Of a stretch of DNA of 64,000 bases, positions 18,288 through 27,248 are shown piece by piece. Origin of the DNA: an uncultured virus (IMG/VR IMGVR_UViG_3300031857_023291) (Duplodnaviria > Heunggongvirae > Uroviricota > Caudoviricetes). How positions within the stretch are numbered: position 1 is the stretch's first letter; every line of letters begins with the position of its first letter. The translations under genes were made by a program, and so were the position numbers. The stretch lies in the IMG/VR virus record IMGVR_UViG_3300031857_023291, one strand, 5' to 3'. Under the pieces are notes generated by a model, which was given only the letters and a program-made list of their open reading frames with translations, ran no database searches and was not told the DNA's origin.

Positions 18288-18830
18288 ATGAACACACAAC
18301 TAATCAACCATATAAAAGAGTTATTCAAAAACGTAACCCCTAAACCAGATGCTGCTGGTAACTTCTACGACTATCCACTACAATCCCTATTCACCATCAC
18401 ACACGGTGGTATTAATTGCGGACACGTAGACCTCATCACATCAAGCAAAGTTATTCTTACAAAAAACGATTTTAAAAGGGATAAAACATATCCTACAATG
18501 TCTATGACTAATAAAATCGGAAACCAATTCCGATATAAATTTGTCGTAACTATTAAAGAACCTAAAGACTTTAAGAAACTAACCGGATTAGATTTTAAAA
18601 TCACAAATAAAGAAAAAGCTCTTTACTCCGACTCCTATAAAGGAGAACACCTCTTTATGTTTAATTCATTTGCAGATGCTAATGAGTTCTACCTCGATAT
18701 GGCTAATAAATTGAACCTAACAGACGATACCTATAAAAATAGTAGATATATCCAATTGGTTAATGATAATGCACCAGAATTCACCAAAGAAGCTTATTTA
18801 GACTTAATATCTAACTTCGAATTATTTTAA
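18288..18830 (+). CDS. Hypothetical (early) protein
   Basis: ORF 18243..18830; start moved to ATG directly after TATATTTG box. Confidence 0.7.
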   Translation: MNTQLINHIKELFKNVTPKPDAAGNFYDYPLQSLFTITHGGINCGHVDLITSSKVILTKNDFKRDKTYPTMSMTNKIGNQFRYKFVVTIKEPKDFKKLTGLDFKITNKEKALYSDSYKGEHLFMFNSFADANEFYLDMANKLNLTDDTYKNSRYIQLVNDNAPEFTKEAYLDLISNFELF

Positions 18831-19005
18831 CTATGGAAAAATTAGTAAGTATAAAAATTCTAAGACCAATTACATTACCAATCATAGGTATGTTCCTCAT
18901 CACATATATTATTGTAGCTTATGTGTTTGACTTGGAAATGTAGTAAATATAAATTAATTTTAATCAACTTCAGCAACAAATGGTGAGTTGAAATACGTGT
19001 CTAAT

Positions 19006-19344
19006 TTATCTCAAATACCAATCACCTGATATTATCTGAGGACAATTTTTAACATCATCTACATATTGATATACCCAACATTCAATATCAGAAGCTGTTC
19101 TTACCTTTATTCTTTTATATTCACTGCCTTCATATTCATCCATTTCTGGAAGTAGACTGGTATCAAAAAGATAAACATCACCCCATACTTTACCCTCACC
19201 TGAAACAAATCCTGGATAAAACTCATTGACCTTATATAGCTTTCCAACAATAGTGGTTTTTCCACAATGTATAACTTCACCTAACATTCTTTTTGATTGG
19301 TCTCTGAATAAGCCATAGACAAAAATATAATCATTATTACTCAT
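19006..19344 (-). CDS. Gamma-glutamylcyclotransferase (AIG2/GGACT-like)
   Basis: IFVYG, YPG, V.GDVY, MDEYEG..YKR, WVY.Y, I.SGDW. Confidence 0.88.
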   Translation of the reverse strand: MSNNDYIFVYGLFRDQSKRMLGEVIHCGKTTIVGKLYKVNEFYPGFVSGEGKVWGDVYLFDTSLLPEMDEYEGSEYKRIKVRTASDIECWVYQYVDDVKNCPQIISGDWYLR

Positions 19345-19402
19345 TTCATTATATATAAAATTATATTATTATTTTTAATATATAAGAAAAATACTATCAC
19401 AA

Positions 19403-20530
19403 ATGAAGAAATTTGGACAATACTTAAAAGAAGCAGAAGAAGTAGAAAAAAAATTTACTGATGCTCTTGAAGATGAACAAGATCAACATACAGGTAAAAT
19501 TGATAAAGCTGAAGATTCTAGTGATGATAACGCTGACTTAAAAACAGGTGCTGATACAATAAAAGAAATTATTAATTTACCTTATGAGCAGTTTATTCAA
19601 AAACTAACTGGTAAAACACCACCAACTAAAGGTACAGAAGTAGCCAAAATAGACCCAAAAGTAACTAAAGTTCTTTCTTTAGGTAAGTCAGATTTGAAAT
19701 TACAAGATGAAAAAGTACCAACAAATGACAAAGCCAATCTACCTGTAAAGGGATTATTTCCAACACAAGCTCAAATAGGTTTACTTGATTCTATTGGTTT
19801 TTTAGCTTTCAAAATGCCAGAAAATGCCAAAAACACACTTTCAGGACAAGCTGAATTTCAAGGTGAAAGAATTTTAACTGCTAATGGAAAATATATCTTA
19901 GATGGTCATCATAGATGGTCACAAACTTATCTTATTAACCCAGATGCTAAAATTCCAGCTCTTGATTTAACTCTTAATGTTAAAAGTGAAAAAGAAATGT
20001 TAAAAGTTATACAAATGGCAATTGCCAGTACTTACGGAGCTATTGCTATGAAAGCAGCAAATGCAGCAACAGATATCTATAACGATGATGTAATTACAAA
20101 ATGGAATGCTGAATATAAAATTGAAGGTGATACTGCACTCGGTTTAGTCAAAGCTGTTCTTGATGGTAAATGTGGAACTTTACAAGATGCCGGAGGTGAT
20201 ATCAAAAATGTAGATAAATTTATTGAAATTATCAAAGAAACTAAAGGATTAGAAAACAGAGAAGATGTTGAAAAGTATTTAGCTAAGAATGCTGACCAAT
20301 TAAGAAGAACCACTAAATCTGCTGCTGAGGGAGCTCCAGTAAGATCCATAATGCCACAACCAGGTGATACTGCTAAAGCATTAGGTAAAGGAGGAGAACC
20401 TAAAATTGCTGGTATACCAGCTGATTTTGTAAATAAGTTAAAATCAGGTGAACTTAACTATAAACCTAACTTTTTAGCAAATGAAAAAATTAGATGGGTT
20501 AAAACATTCGAACAATTCAAAAAGAAATAA
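19403..20530 (+). CDS. N-tagged protein with ParB/Srx-like domain
   Basis: LFPTQ..I and YILDGHHRW motifs; MKKFGQYLKE start; WVKTFEQF near C-terminus. Confidence 0.7.
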   Translation: MKKFGQYLKEAEEVEKKFTDALEDEQDQHTGKIDKAEDSSDDNADLKTGADTIKEIINLPYEQFIQKLTGKTPPTKGTEVAKIDPKVTKVLSLGKSDLKLQDEKVPTNDKANLPVKGLFPTQAQIGLLDSIGFLAFKMPENAKNTLSGQAEFQGERILTANGKYILDGHHRWSQTYLINPDAKIPALDLTLNVKSEKEMLKVIQMAIASTYGAIAMKAANAATDIYNDDVITKWNAEYKIEGDTALGLVKAVLDGKCGTLQDAGGDIKNVDKFIEIIKETKGLENREDVEKYLAKNADQLRRTTKSAAEGAPVRSIMPQPGDTAKALGKGGEPKIAGIPADFVNKLKSGELNYKPNFLANEKIRWVKTFEQFKKK

Positions 20531-20535
20531 CAACG

Positions 20536-20566
20536 AAACCTCATCAGATAAGATGAGGTTTTTTTT
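20536..20566 (+). terminator. Repeated terminator hairpin (copy 3, loop AGATAA)
   Basis: AAACCTCATCAGATAAGATGAGGTTTTTTTT. Confidence 0.85.
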
Positions 20567-20610
20567 CAGAAAAAGTTTTTTAATATTAATTTATTCCTTA
20601 TCTTTGTCCA

Positions 20611-20754
20611 ATGAATCAAAATAAAATCAAACTAACTATCACCTTAATTATTGCCTCACTTATTGCCTGGCAATCATATCAAATCTACCAAATTGAAAAG
20701 AAAATAGATGAGGCAGAAAAATCCGGAAATCTTAAATGTTCTAAACCACAATAA
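20611..20754 (+). CDS. 47-aa single-TM hypothetical protein (not in ORF track)
   Basis: MNQNKIKLTITLIIASLIAWQSYQ...; TATCTTTG immediately upstream. Confidence 0.6.
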   Translation: MNQNKIKLTITLIIASLIAWQSYQIYQIEKKIDEAEKSGNLKCSKPQ

Positions 20755-20756
20755 AT

Positions 20757-21119
20757 ATGCTAGACCTGTTTATAACACTTAGTATTCCATTTCTACTTTA
20801 TGAAATAACTATTCTCTTTTTTACAAAAAGATATCAGATTTACACTAACAAACTAATTGATAAAGTCAAAACCCAAGGTTTAAGCAAAGAAGATAGACCA
20901 TTTGTGTTTTTTAACTTTTCTTATATGATGTGGACTATCATTGGTCTTTTTACAACATTCTGGTCAATCTTTTTAGGACTTCTAACACTTTCAATTATAA
21001 GTGCCTTAATACATAAAAAATTAGTAGATAAAGAGGTCAAAATAAAACAAAGAAAGGCAGATTCCTTATTAACAATAATTTTGATTATATTCTTACTAAT
21101 AAGATATTTTGGTAATTAA
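20757..21119 (+). CDS. Membrane hypothetical protein
   Basis: Several hydrophobic segments. Confidence 0.7.
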   Translation: MLDLFITLSIPFLLYEITILFFTKRYQIYTNKLIDKVKTQGLSKEDRPFVFFNFSYMMWTIIGLFTTFWSIFLGLLTLSIISALIHKKLVDKEVKIKQRKADSLLTIILIIFLLIRYFGN

Positions 21120-21172
21120 ATTCCATTATAATACAAATTATCCTTATATTTGTATTATAAATCACTACAAAA

Positions 21173-21859
21173 ATGTCAAAATTCCCTATTAACCAAAGAT
21201 TTCAATTACTATCCGACCTTACTTCTATGGTCGTTAACAACGTAACACCATCACTTATTGTGACTGGTGAAGGTGGTCTTGGAAAAACTCACTCAGTAAC
21301 AGAAACTATTAAAAGTGAAGGTTTGTTCACTGATGATTATGTGTTTTTCAAAGGTTACTCTACAGCTCGTGGTCTTTATAACACACTTTATGATAATAAC
21401 GGCAAACTTATCATATTTGATGATTGTGACTCAGTATTAGAAGATAAAGTAGCAATTAACATCCTAAAATCAGCACTTGACTCTTATGAGAAAAGAACTA
21501 TCACCTGGATGGCTAAAATGCATAAGAATGATGCTTACCCACAACAATTTGATTTCAAAGGTCGTATTATATTTATTTCTAATAAAAGTAAAACAGCAAT
21601 TGACGGAGCTATTCTTTCACGTTCACTAACGGTTGACTTGACAATGACCTCTGATGAAAAAGTAGAACGTATGAGTTCTATTATTGAAAATATCTTACCT
21701 GATTATGAACTAAGTGTAAAAACAGATGCTCTTAATTTTATATCAGAAAACAAAGATAAAGTGAATATAAACTTAAGAACGCTTATTATGATTTCTAAAA
21801 TGAGATATTCAAATCCCGATTCTTGGAAACATATGGCAGAGTATATGATTAATTCTTAA
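21173..21859 (+). CDS. AAA+ ATPase
   Basis: Walker A GEGGLGKT, Walker B IIFDDCD, IIFISN, AILSRS. Confidence 0.88.
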   Translation: MSKFPINQRFQLLSDLTSMVVNNVTPSLIVTGEGGLGKTHSVTETIKSEGLFTDDYVFFKGYSTARGLYNTLYDNNGKLIIFDDCDSVLEDKVAINILKSALDSYEKRTITWMAKMHKNDAYPQQFDFKGRIIFISNKSKTAIDGAILSRSLTVDLTMTSDEKVERMSSIIENILPDYELSVKTDALNFISENKDKVNINLRTLIMISKMRYSNPDSWKHMAEYMINS

Positions 21860-21869
21860 TAAAAATAAA

Positions 21870-22013
21870 ATGAATTTAGGTAAAATGACAATTACAGAAG
21901 CCTATCTATATTTAAAACCTATAGCAGATAGCCATGGTCTTAAATTAAATAGAGCTCGTGATTTAAAATTAGCAAGACTTATTTTTGCTAATTTGTGGTG
22001 CAATAATTTGTAA
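21870..22013 (+). CDS. 47-aa hypothetical protein (not in ORF track)
   Basis: MNLGKMTITEAYLYLKPIADSHGLKLNRARDLKLARL... Confidence 0.5.
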   Translation: MNLGKMTITEAYLYLKPIADSHGLKLNRARDLKLARLIFANLWCNNL

Positions 22014-22125
22014 TTGTGCCACAAATTAATTAACTTTGTATCAATCAAAGTAACTAACATTTCACAAGAATGAGAGCAAGTAGACTCCAACCTACAATCT
22101 ATTTTTTTAGATTAATATATATTTT

Positions 22126-22956
22126 ATGAAATGGATATTACCGATATTACTATTAGCTCTTATTTCCTGCAAAGGCCCTGAATTAGCTACTAATCAATTA
22201 GAATCAGATATTAAAATTGATTCAACCTTAATAACTAACTTAGATACTTTACAAATAGATACCACAACTACAAAAGAAGTTATCAACAATGAAATAGTTT
22301 CTGAAATGATAATTCTAAGAAGAAATGATGCCCGAGGTGCAGATATCATAACACAAACTAAGTTAATAACTGCTCATGAAAAAAAGACCAATTTAAGTGT
22401 AATAGATAAAACTACAAATCAATCACTTGACACTAATTGGGGTTGGATATCTTATTCAGTACCTCAACAAATGAAAGTTCAAAAAAGCTATTCAATTAAA
22501 GTTAGAATATCTAAAAAAACATCTGGTCAAAATAAAGCCATATTAATATTAGGTGAAAGTGATGCAATTAATAATTCAGAATATCCTACAACAGCAACAA
22601 TAGAAGATATTAGAGTTAGTGGTGAAATGTCAGCTGAATTAAGAGGTGATAGTGAATGGTTTAATATTGTAGCACTTTCTACTAATATCCAAGATATAGA
22701 TACACAAAGTTATACTGAATGGGAATGGATTGTGGTGCCAAAAAAAGGTGGGCAATCACCATTAAAACTGGTTATTAAAGTTAAAAATTTAAATAAAGAT
22801 ATAATAGTATTTAATAAAAATATAGGTATAAAATCTAATATACCGGTAAGTATTGAAGGTTTTTTTGATAAGTATTGGCAATGGTTAATGACAACTATAA
22901 TCATTCCAATTTTTCTTTACTTTTGGAATAGAAAGAAAAAAAAGGCTAAGAAATAA
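22126..22956 (+). CDS. Lipoprotein with C-terminal TM and basic tail; candidate unimolecular spanin
   Basis: Lipobox LALIS-C; C-terminal WQWLMTTIIIPIFLYFW-NRKKKKAKK; TAATATATA at 22113. Confidence 0.55.
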   Translation: MKWILPILLLALISCKGPELATNQLESDIKIDSTLITNLDTLQIDTTTTKEVINNEIVSEMIILRRNDARGADIITQTKLITAHEKKTNLSVIDKTTNQSLDTNWGWISYSVPQQMKVQKSYSIKVRISKKTSGQNKAILILGESDAINNSEYPTTATIEDIRVSGEMSAELRGDSEWFNIVALSTNIQDIDTQSYTEWEWIVVPKKGGQSPLKLVIKVKNLNKDIIVFNKNIGIKSNIPVSIEGFFDKYWQWLMTTIIIPIFLYFWNRKKKKAKK

Positions 22957-23001
22957 AATAATTGCTATTTTTTTATTATATTTGTTCTATAAAAAGGACC
23001 A

Positions 23002-23379
23002 ATGAACGCATTTCAAATTGATTTTTCACTACAATCTAAAAAAGATATTGAAATTATCTGCGATAGATACTCTATTAAATTTGACGAATTGATGGAAAAG
23101 CATAAAGTATGGGACTTCTATAAAATCTTTATTGATATTGAAAGCTTTAAAATGTTTGCTTATATTTTAAATTCTGATAGAAAAACACTTAAATTTACTG
23201 ATGCCATTGATGAAGTAATTCTTTCTATTAAGCCAGAAGTAGTAGAAGTTAAAGAAGAAACACCAACCTCTGAAATCATTTTAGATATCGATACAATTTT
23301 AGAGAAAATTACTAATTATGGAATAAACTCTTTGACCAACAAAGAGAAAGAATTCTTGGATAACTCCTCAAAATCGTAA
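23002..23379 (+). CDS. Hypothetical protein with C-terminal DUF6576-like motif
   Basis: IDTILEKI..YGINSLT.KEKEFL. Confidence 0.6.
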   Translation: MNAFQIDFSLQSKKDIEIICDRYSIKFDELMEKHKVWDFYKIFIDIESFKMFAYILNSDRKTLKFTDAIDEVILSIKPEVVEVKEETPTSEIILDIDTILEKITNYGINSLTNKEKEFLDNSSKS

Positions 23380-23439
23380 AAAACCCATATTCTTTTAGTA
23401 TGTGAATTTTATCACAATATATAAAAGAAAAAATAACTT

Positions 23440-23616
23440 ATGAAAATTTCTAAAGAAGAACTATTAGGTATCGTAAGACATGGATTAACATTCATAGGTG
23501 GTATTGTTATCACAGGTGGTCTTATTGATTCAGGTCTTTTCGCAGAACTTACTGGTGGTGTCTTAACACTTACTGGTGTTATCTGGTCTATCTTAGATAA
23601 AAGAAAAAAGGCTTAA
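23440..23616 (+). CDS. 58-aa two-TM putative holin (not in ORF track)
   Basis: G.VRH.LT..GG....G......GV.WS..K pattern of small phage holin-like proteins; AATATATA upstream. Confidence 0.65.
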   Translation: MKISKEELLGIVRHGLTFIGGIVITGGLIDSGLFAELTGGVLTLTGVIWSILDKRKKA

Positions 23617-23650
23617 AAAAAAACCTCATCAAATAAGATGAGGTTTTTTT
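23615..23650 (+). terminator. Repeated terminator hairpin (copy 4)
   Basis: A-run CCTCATCAAATAAGATGAGG T-run. Confidence 0.85.
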
Positions 23651-23721
23651 ATACTTAACTTAAGACCACGAAGTAAATCAGAAGTAGGCTGCCTTTTTTA
23701 CACCACCAAATTTTTCATATA

Positions 23722-23747
23722 TACAAAATTCCTCGCAGATTTTTGTA
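23722..23747. promoter_or_regulatory. Degenerate palindrome TACAAAAT-N10-TTTTTGTA
   Basis: Same spacing and GCAGA spacer end as 18232 copy. Confidence 0.45.
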
Positions 23748-23760
23748 TTTCTAAAAATGA

Positions 23761-24714
23761 CTAAAAGATACCTAACTGAGTTAGTAATAAATCTCTATCT
23801 ATCGACTTGTCCTCAAAATTACTATAATCATACCAATTCCTTAAACCAGTGTCATCCATGACACAAACTCTTAAAAAACCGGAATTAATAGTAGTGTTCT
23901 CTACACTATAATCATTACCAGGTGTTAAATAAACCATGCCATTAGAATTCTTAATCTCTTTACGACATCTAATAGAAACTCCCTCTGGTATTGACATTAA
24001 ACTACGTATCTTATTCTGAAACGTATCTATAATAAAATCACTATTTAACTTCCTAAAATCAATCTGCTTACTGACTACAAAATCTAATATAGACTCTAAT
24101 AAATTACTAGTAACCTCTATTTCTTTATATGGTATTGCATCTATGTCTAATTGAATACCTAAATACCACTTTAAACGAGCACTATACTTACTCTGTGAAC
24201 TAAAACTCGAAAATACATCACCACCAGAAATAGTACTTACATCTATATCATTCGATATTATCCAATTTATCAAAGGTATAAAAGCAATATCTAAACCCTC
24301 ACAATACTCAACACTACGTCTACCCCACGACCTTCTGCCTCTATATGTATATCCAGGTTTTGAAATCCATCTACCATTTAGCAACCTATCAAAGGTCTGA
24401 GGATCTTGTTCTAAAAGATGTTTAAATTGCTTTTGACTACGATTTTTTAACCAGGTTTTAAACCTAGAGTTTCTAGTATGGTCAATTAAATAAGATTTTA
24501 ATTCAGTATAGTTAATTGCCATCTGAGCCTCGAATCCATATTGCTGTAAACTTTTTAAGAAGTTAAAAAATTGTGCAAACTGGTCAAGTCCAATTTTTTG
24601 CATTGATTGATACGTTACTTCACCCCTTTCATATTGACCTATAATAGGTAACTTTGATTTGGCAACTTCGTAAATTCTAAGATTCTCTTTGATAAATTGA
24701 TACTGAAATTTCAT
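23761..24714 (-). CDS. Hypothetical protein ending in the small beta domain plus C-terminal tag (DRDLLLTQLGIF)
   Basis: LTPGNDY..VMDDTG..WY..F pattern like 15328. Confidence 0.75.
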   Translation of the reverse strand: MKFQYQFIKENLRIYEVAKSKLPIIGQYERGEVTYQSMQKIGLDQFAQFFNFLKSLQQYGFEAQMAINYTELKSYLIDHTRNSRFKTWLKNRSQKQFKHLLEQDPQTFDRLLNGRWISKPGYTYRGRRSWGRRSVEYCEGLDIAFIPLINWIISNDIDVSTISGGDVFSSFSSQSKYSARLKWYLGIQLDIDAIPYKEIEVTSNLLESILDFVVSKQIDFRKLNSDFIIDTFQNKIRSLMSIPEGVSIRCRKEIKNSNGMVYLTPGNDYSVENTTINSGFLRVCVMDDTGLRNWYDYSNFEDKSIDRDLLLTQLGIF

Positions 24715-24886
24715 AAAAGTAAAGATACAAAATAATAACTAATCTAACAAATTTAGTGTCTAAAAAAACGACCTCCTGAAACCCTTTGTGGGTACGGCTT
24801 ATAGAGTGTGCTGTATATACACGTAAGTGCGGAATCGAAGTCCCAAACAAGAATTTCAAAATACAAATAGAGTTGTCTCAAAATTC

Positions 24887-24912
24887 TACAGAAATCTGCA
24901 CGTTTTTCTGTA
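24887..24912. promoter_or_regulatory. Palindromic element, exact reverse complement of 18232-18257
   Basis: TACAGAAATCTGCACGTTTTTCTGTA. Confidence 0.65.
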
Positions 24913-24928
24913 TGTTTTTAAAAATAGT

Positions 24929-25240
24929 TTAAATTCCTAATTCTTTTATTTTTATTTGTCTTAAAACAAATTTTGCCCAATCGTTGTAATTAGCGGTATA
25001 TTCTACTTGCCAGTTCTGTTTAAAATATTTACAAATTAGTTTATTAATTTCCAGATAAGATTTGTCTTTGGTATCTATGTTATAAATTTCTTTGACTATG
25101 TTTTTTTCGGTATCTCTTTCTAAGTCTCTTAGTGTAGCTGCTCGGTCCCAATTTTGTGAATAAACGGCATAAGACTTTTGTTTTTTTGTAAAGATTAGTA
25201 TTTGTAGTAACGATATAATTTTTTGTGATTTTGTTTTCAT
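24929..25240 (-). CDS. Hypothetical protein with UVR-like helix pair, C-terminal tag (LRQIKIKELGI)
   Basis: K..AV..QNWDRAATLRD resembles UvrB/C motif. Confidence 0.7.
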   Translation of the reverse strand: MKTKSQKIISLLQILIFTKKQKSYAVYSQNWDRAATLRDLERDTEKNIVKEIYNIDTKDKSYLEINKLICKYFKQNWQVEYTANYNDWAKFVLRQIKIKELGI

Positions 25241-25474
25241 TCAGTTAATTAGTTTATTAATTTTATCATTTCGTTTACTAGTGATTTTGTTATTGAGTAA
25301 TTGTTCTATGATAAATTCAGGGTCAGCTGTAAGTGAATCTATTTTTATTGTAAAAATTTCACCATCAAATGTATCCTTTATGGTATAGGATGGCATAAAT
25401 GTTGAGCTATTATATGTTGTTGGTAGGTGATTTTTGAATCTACCGCCAAACTTTTCAAATATATCTTTAATCAT
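25241..25474 (-). CDS. Hypothetical protein, C-terminal tag (KRNDKINKLIN)
   Basis: Similar to 35041..35268 (KF.GRFK..YTI.D.DGE.F). Confidence 0.7.
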   Translation of the reverse strand: MIKDIFEKFGGRFKNHLPTTYNSSTFMPSYTIKDTFDGEIFTIKIDSLTADPEFIIEQLLNNKITSKRNDKINKLIN

Positions 25475-25859
25475 TTATAATAGTTTCTATTTTCGTATCT
25501 CTTAATTCTGCTTGTGATTTTATCTCTTCAATTAAGAAGTGATATGGTATTGAAATAGTATTAATTGAGAATTGTATATTACCAGTGCCATAAGAACTAT
25601 TAATCAATTCTGTTTTAGTTATAATTTGAGTATCAAAGTACATGTAAATTGCATCTTCGGTAAGTAATGGAGATGATTGGACTTTCAAGTTTATTAGCTT
25701 ACTACTATCTAACTTATATTCTTTTGGGTAATTGATAACCATATAGATGTTATTATCGAGTAGATATATCTTTTTAATTTCTGAAAAAGAAGGAACATTG
25801 AATGAGTAAATGTGATTTGATTCACCTGGGTAATATTGTTTAATTTCTGTTTTTGTCAT
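25467..25859 (-). CDS. Hypothetical protein, C-terminal tag (LRDTKIETIIND)
   Basis: ORF track. Confidence 0.7.
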   Translation of the reverse strand: MTKTEIKQYYPGESNHIYSFNVPSFSEIKKIYLLDNNIYMVINYPKEYKLDSSKLINLKVQSSPLLTEDAIYMYFDTQIITKTELINSSYGTGNIQFSINTISIPYHFLIEEIKSQAELRDTKIETIIND

Positions 25860-26067
25860 TTAATAAATCTTTTAATAATTTTTCTCTGTGAATTCTAAGA
25901 CATCTTTTATATGAATTTGAGATTATTGTTTCAATCTCTTCTTCTGTTATAGAACCATGGTGCATATCTTGTATTATTTCAGGTGAGAGGTCAAGTTTTA
26001 CTCCTTTGTAGTGAGCTTGGGTTCTACCATCTTGTTTAATCCACTTTATTTTGTTTTTGTCTATCAT
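25840..26067 (-). CDS. Hypothetical protein, C-terminal tag variant (HREKLLKDLL)
   Basis: ORF track. Confidence 0.7.
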   Translation of the reverse strand: MIDKNKIKWIKQDGRTQAHYKGVKLDLSPEIIQDMHHGSITEEEIETIISNSYKRCLRIHREKLLKDLLNDKNRN

Positions 26068-26561
26068 TTAGTAAGGAGGCTTTCAAGGTTATTATCACGT
26101 AGTATGCCAGATTCTTTGATAACTTTATCTATGATAGATTTAAAGTTTTCTTTATTTGTTTCGATAACTCTTTTAGATATGGTATCAATTAATTGTTTAA
26201 ACATTTCTTTATCTGAGTAGTTAGTTCTTTTTTGGTAGGCTAGATTGATACTAAAGCCTTCATCTTTGATTACGTGTATGTCTAGATAGTTATCGTCATT
26301 ATAAACGGTATTTTTAGAGGCTTTATTTTTTATGTTAGTGATATCTGGGGTTGAAATGCTAAAGGATTCTTCAGAGAGGTGTATGTTAACATTTTCATTA
26401 TGTTGAATTAGTTTTAGTATAAGGTTTTTAGTTTTCTCGGATACTTCTTTATCGTATGGCACGTAGTCGATTCTTTCTCTGGTTGGTGTATTCATTTTTT
26501 GTAAAGAATCTACTTCGTGGTATATTATTTTTGCTATTTTTTTGAGTTTCTTTTTTTTCAT
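26064..26561 (-). CDS. Hypothetical protein, C-terminal tag (LRDNNLESLL)
   Basis: ORF track. Confidence 0.7.
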   Translation of the reverse strand: MKKKKLKKIAKIIYHEVDSLQKMNTPTRERIDYVPYDKEVSEKTKNLILKLIQHNENVNIHLSEESFSISTPDITNIKNKASKNTVYNDDNYLDIHVIKDEGFSINLAYQKRTNYSDKEMFKQLIDTISKRVIETNKENFKSIIDKVIKESGILRDNNLESLLTK

Positions 26562-26673
26562 AGTTATTTTATTTCGGGGGGTGGTGGTTGTTTAGAAATT
26601 CTTGGTGGAAATTTTCTAGCCGTGTCAAAAATTTTTTTAACGACTCCGTCAGAGTTTTGTTATATAAATGTAA

Positions 26674-26913
26674 ATGATAAAAATAATTAAGAAGTTATTA
26701 AGTAATGTAATATGGTGTAAGTTAGGTCATAGATGGATTTATTATTCAAATGTGACTGAGTTAAAGATAGTAGGTCATATATCACGTAGGCGGCGTAGGT
26801 GTCAAAGATGTGATAGGTTAGAATCAAATAGTTTGATAGATGATAGTTGGTTAAAGGCGGTGCCTACTAAAGAGGAATTGAGAGAGATTAATTTAAAGAA
26901 GTTAGGTTTGTAA
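26674..26913 (+). CDS. Small Cys/His protein, C-terminal tag (LREINLKKLGL)
   Basis: C..GH.W...C.RC motif. Confidence 0.7.
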   Translation: MIKIIKKLLSNVIWCKLGHRWIYYSNVTELKIVGHISRRRRRCQRCDRLESNSLIDDSWLKAVPTKEELREINLKKLGL

Positions 26914-27046
26914 TCTTATGTGTTAGTGGTGGTTGTGGTGAGCATAAACTCCTGGAAATTTTTTTTAAAACTGGCCAAAAAATTTTTAAGGGGGTAAATC
27001 ATAATTAGTCAGATAATTATGAATCTCTTTTTTATATATAGTTTAT

Positions 27047-27247
27047 ATGAAAAGGATTAAATCTTGGATGTTATTTGAATCAGTTGAAATACTTCCTATA
27101 GGAACTAAGATTAAATTTTGTGGAAAAGATTGCCAGATAGTTTCACATAAGGCTACACATCACAATGATATTTATTATTTGATAAGGTATCTTAATGGTC
27201 AAGAAGAATTTATAGTTCCTGCAGATAAAAGAATTGAGATTGTTTAA
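27047..27247 (+). CDS. Small N-tagged protein
   Basis: MKRIKSWMLFES. Confidence 0.7.
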   Translation: MKRIKSWMLFESVEILPIGTKIKFCGKDCQIVSHKATHHNDIYYLIRYLNGQEEFIVPADKRIEIV

Positions 27248-27248
27248 G

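Noticed and set aside
24760..24860. tRNA or known ncRNA (minus-strand TTCGATTCC resembles a T-loop)
   Set aside because: Could not build a cloverleaf or matching acceptor stem by eye; left as an unassigned intergenic island.
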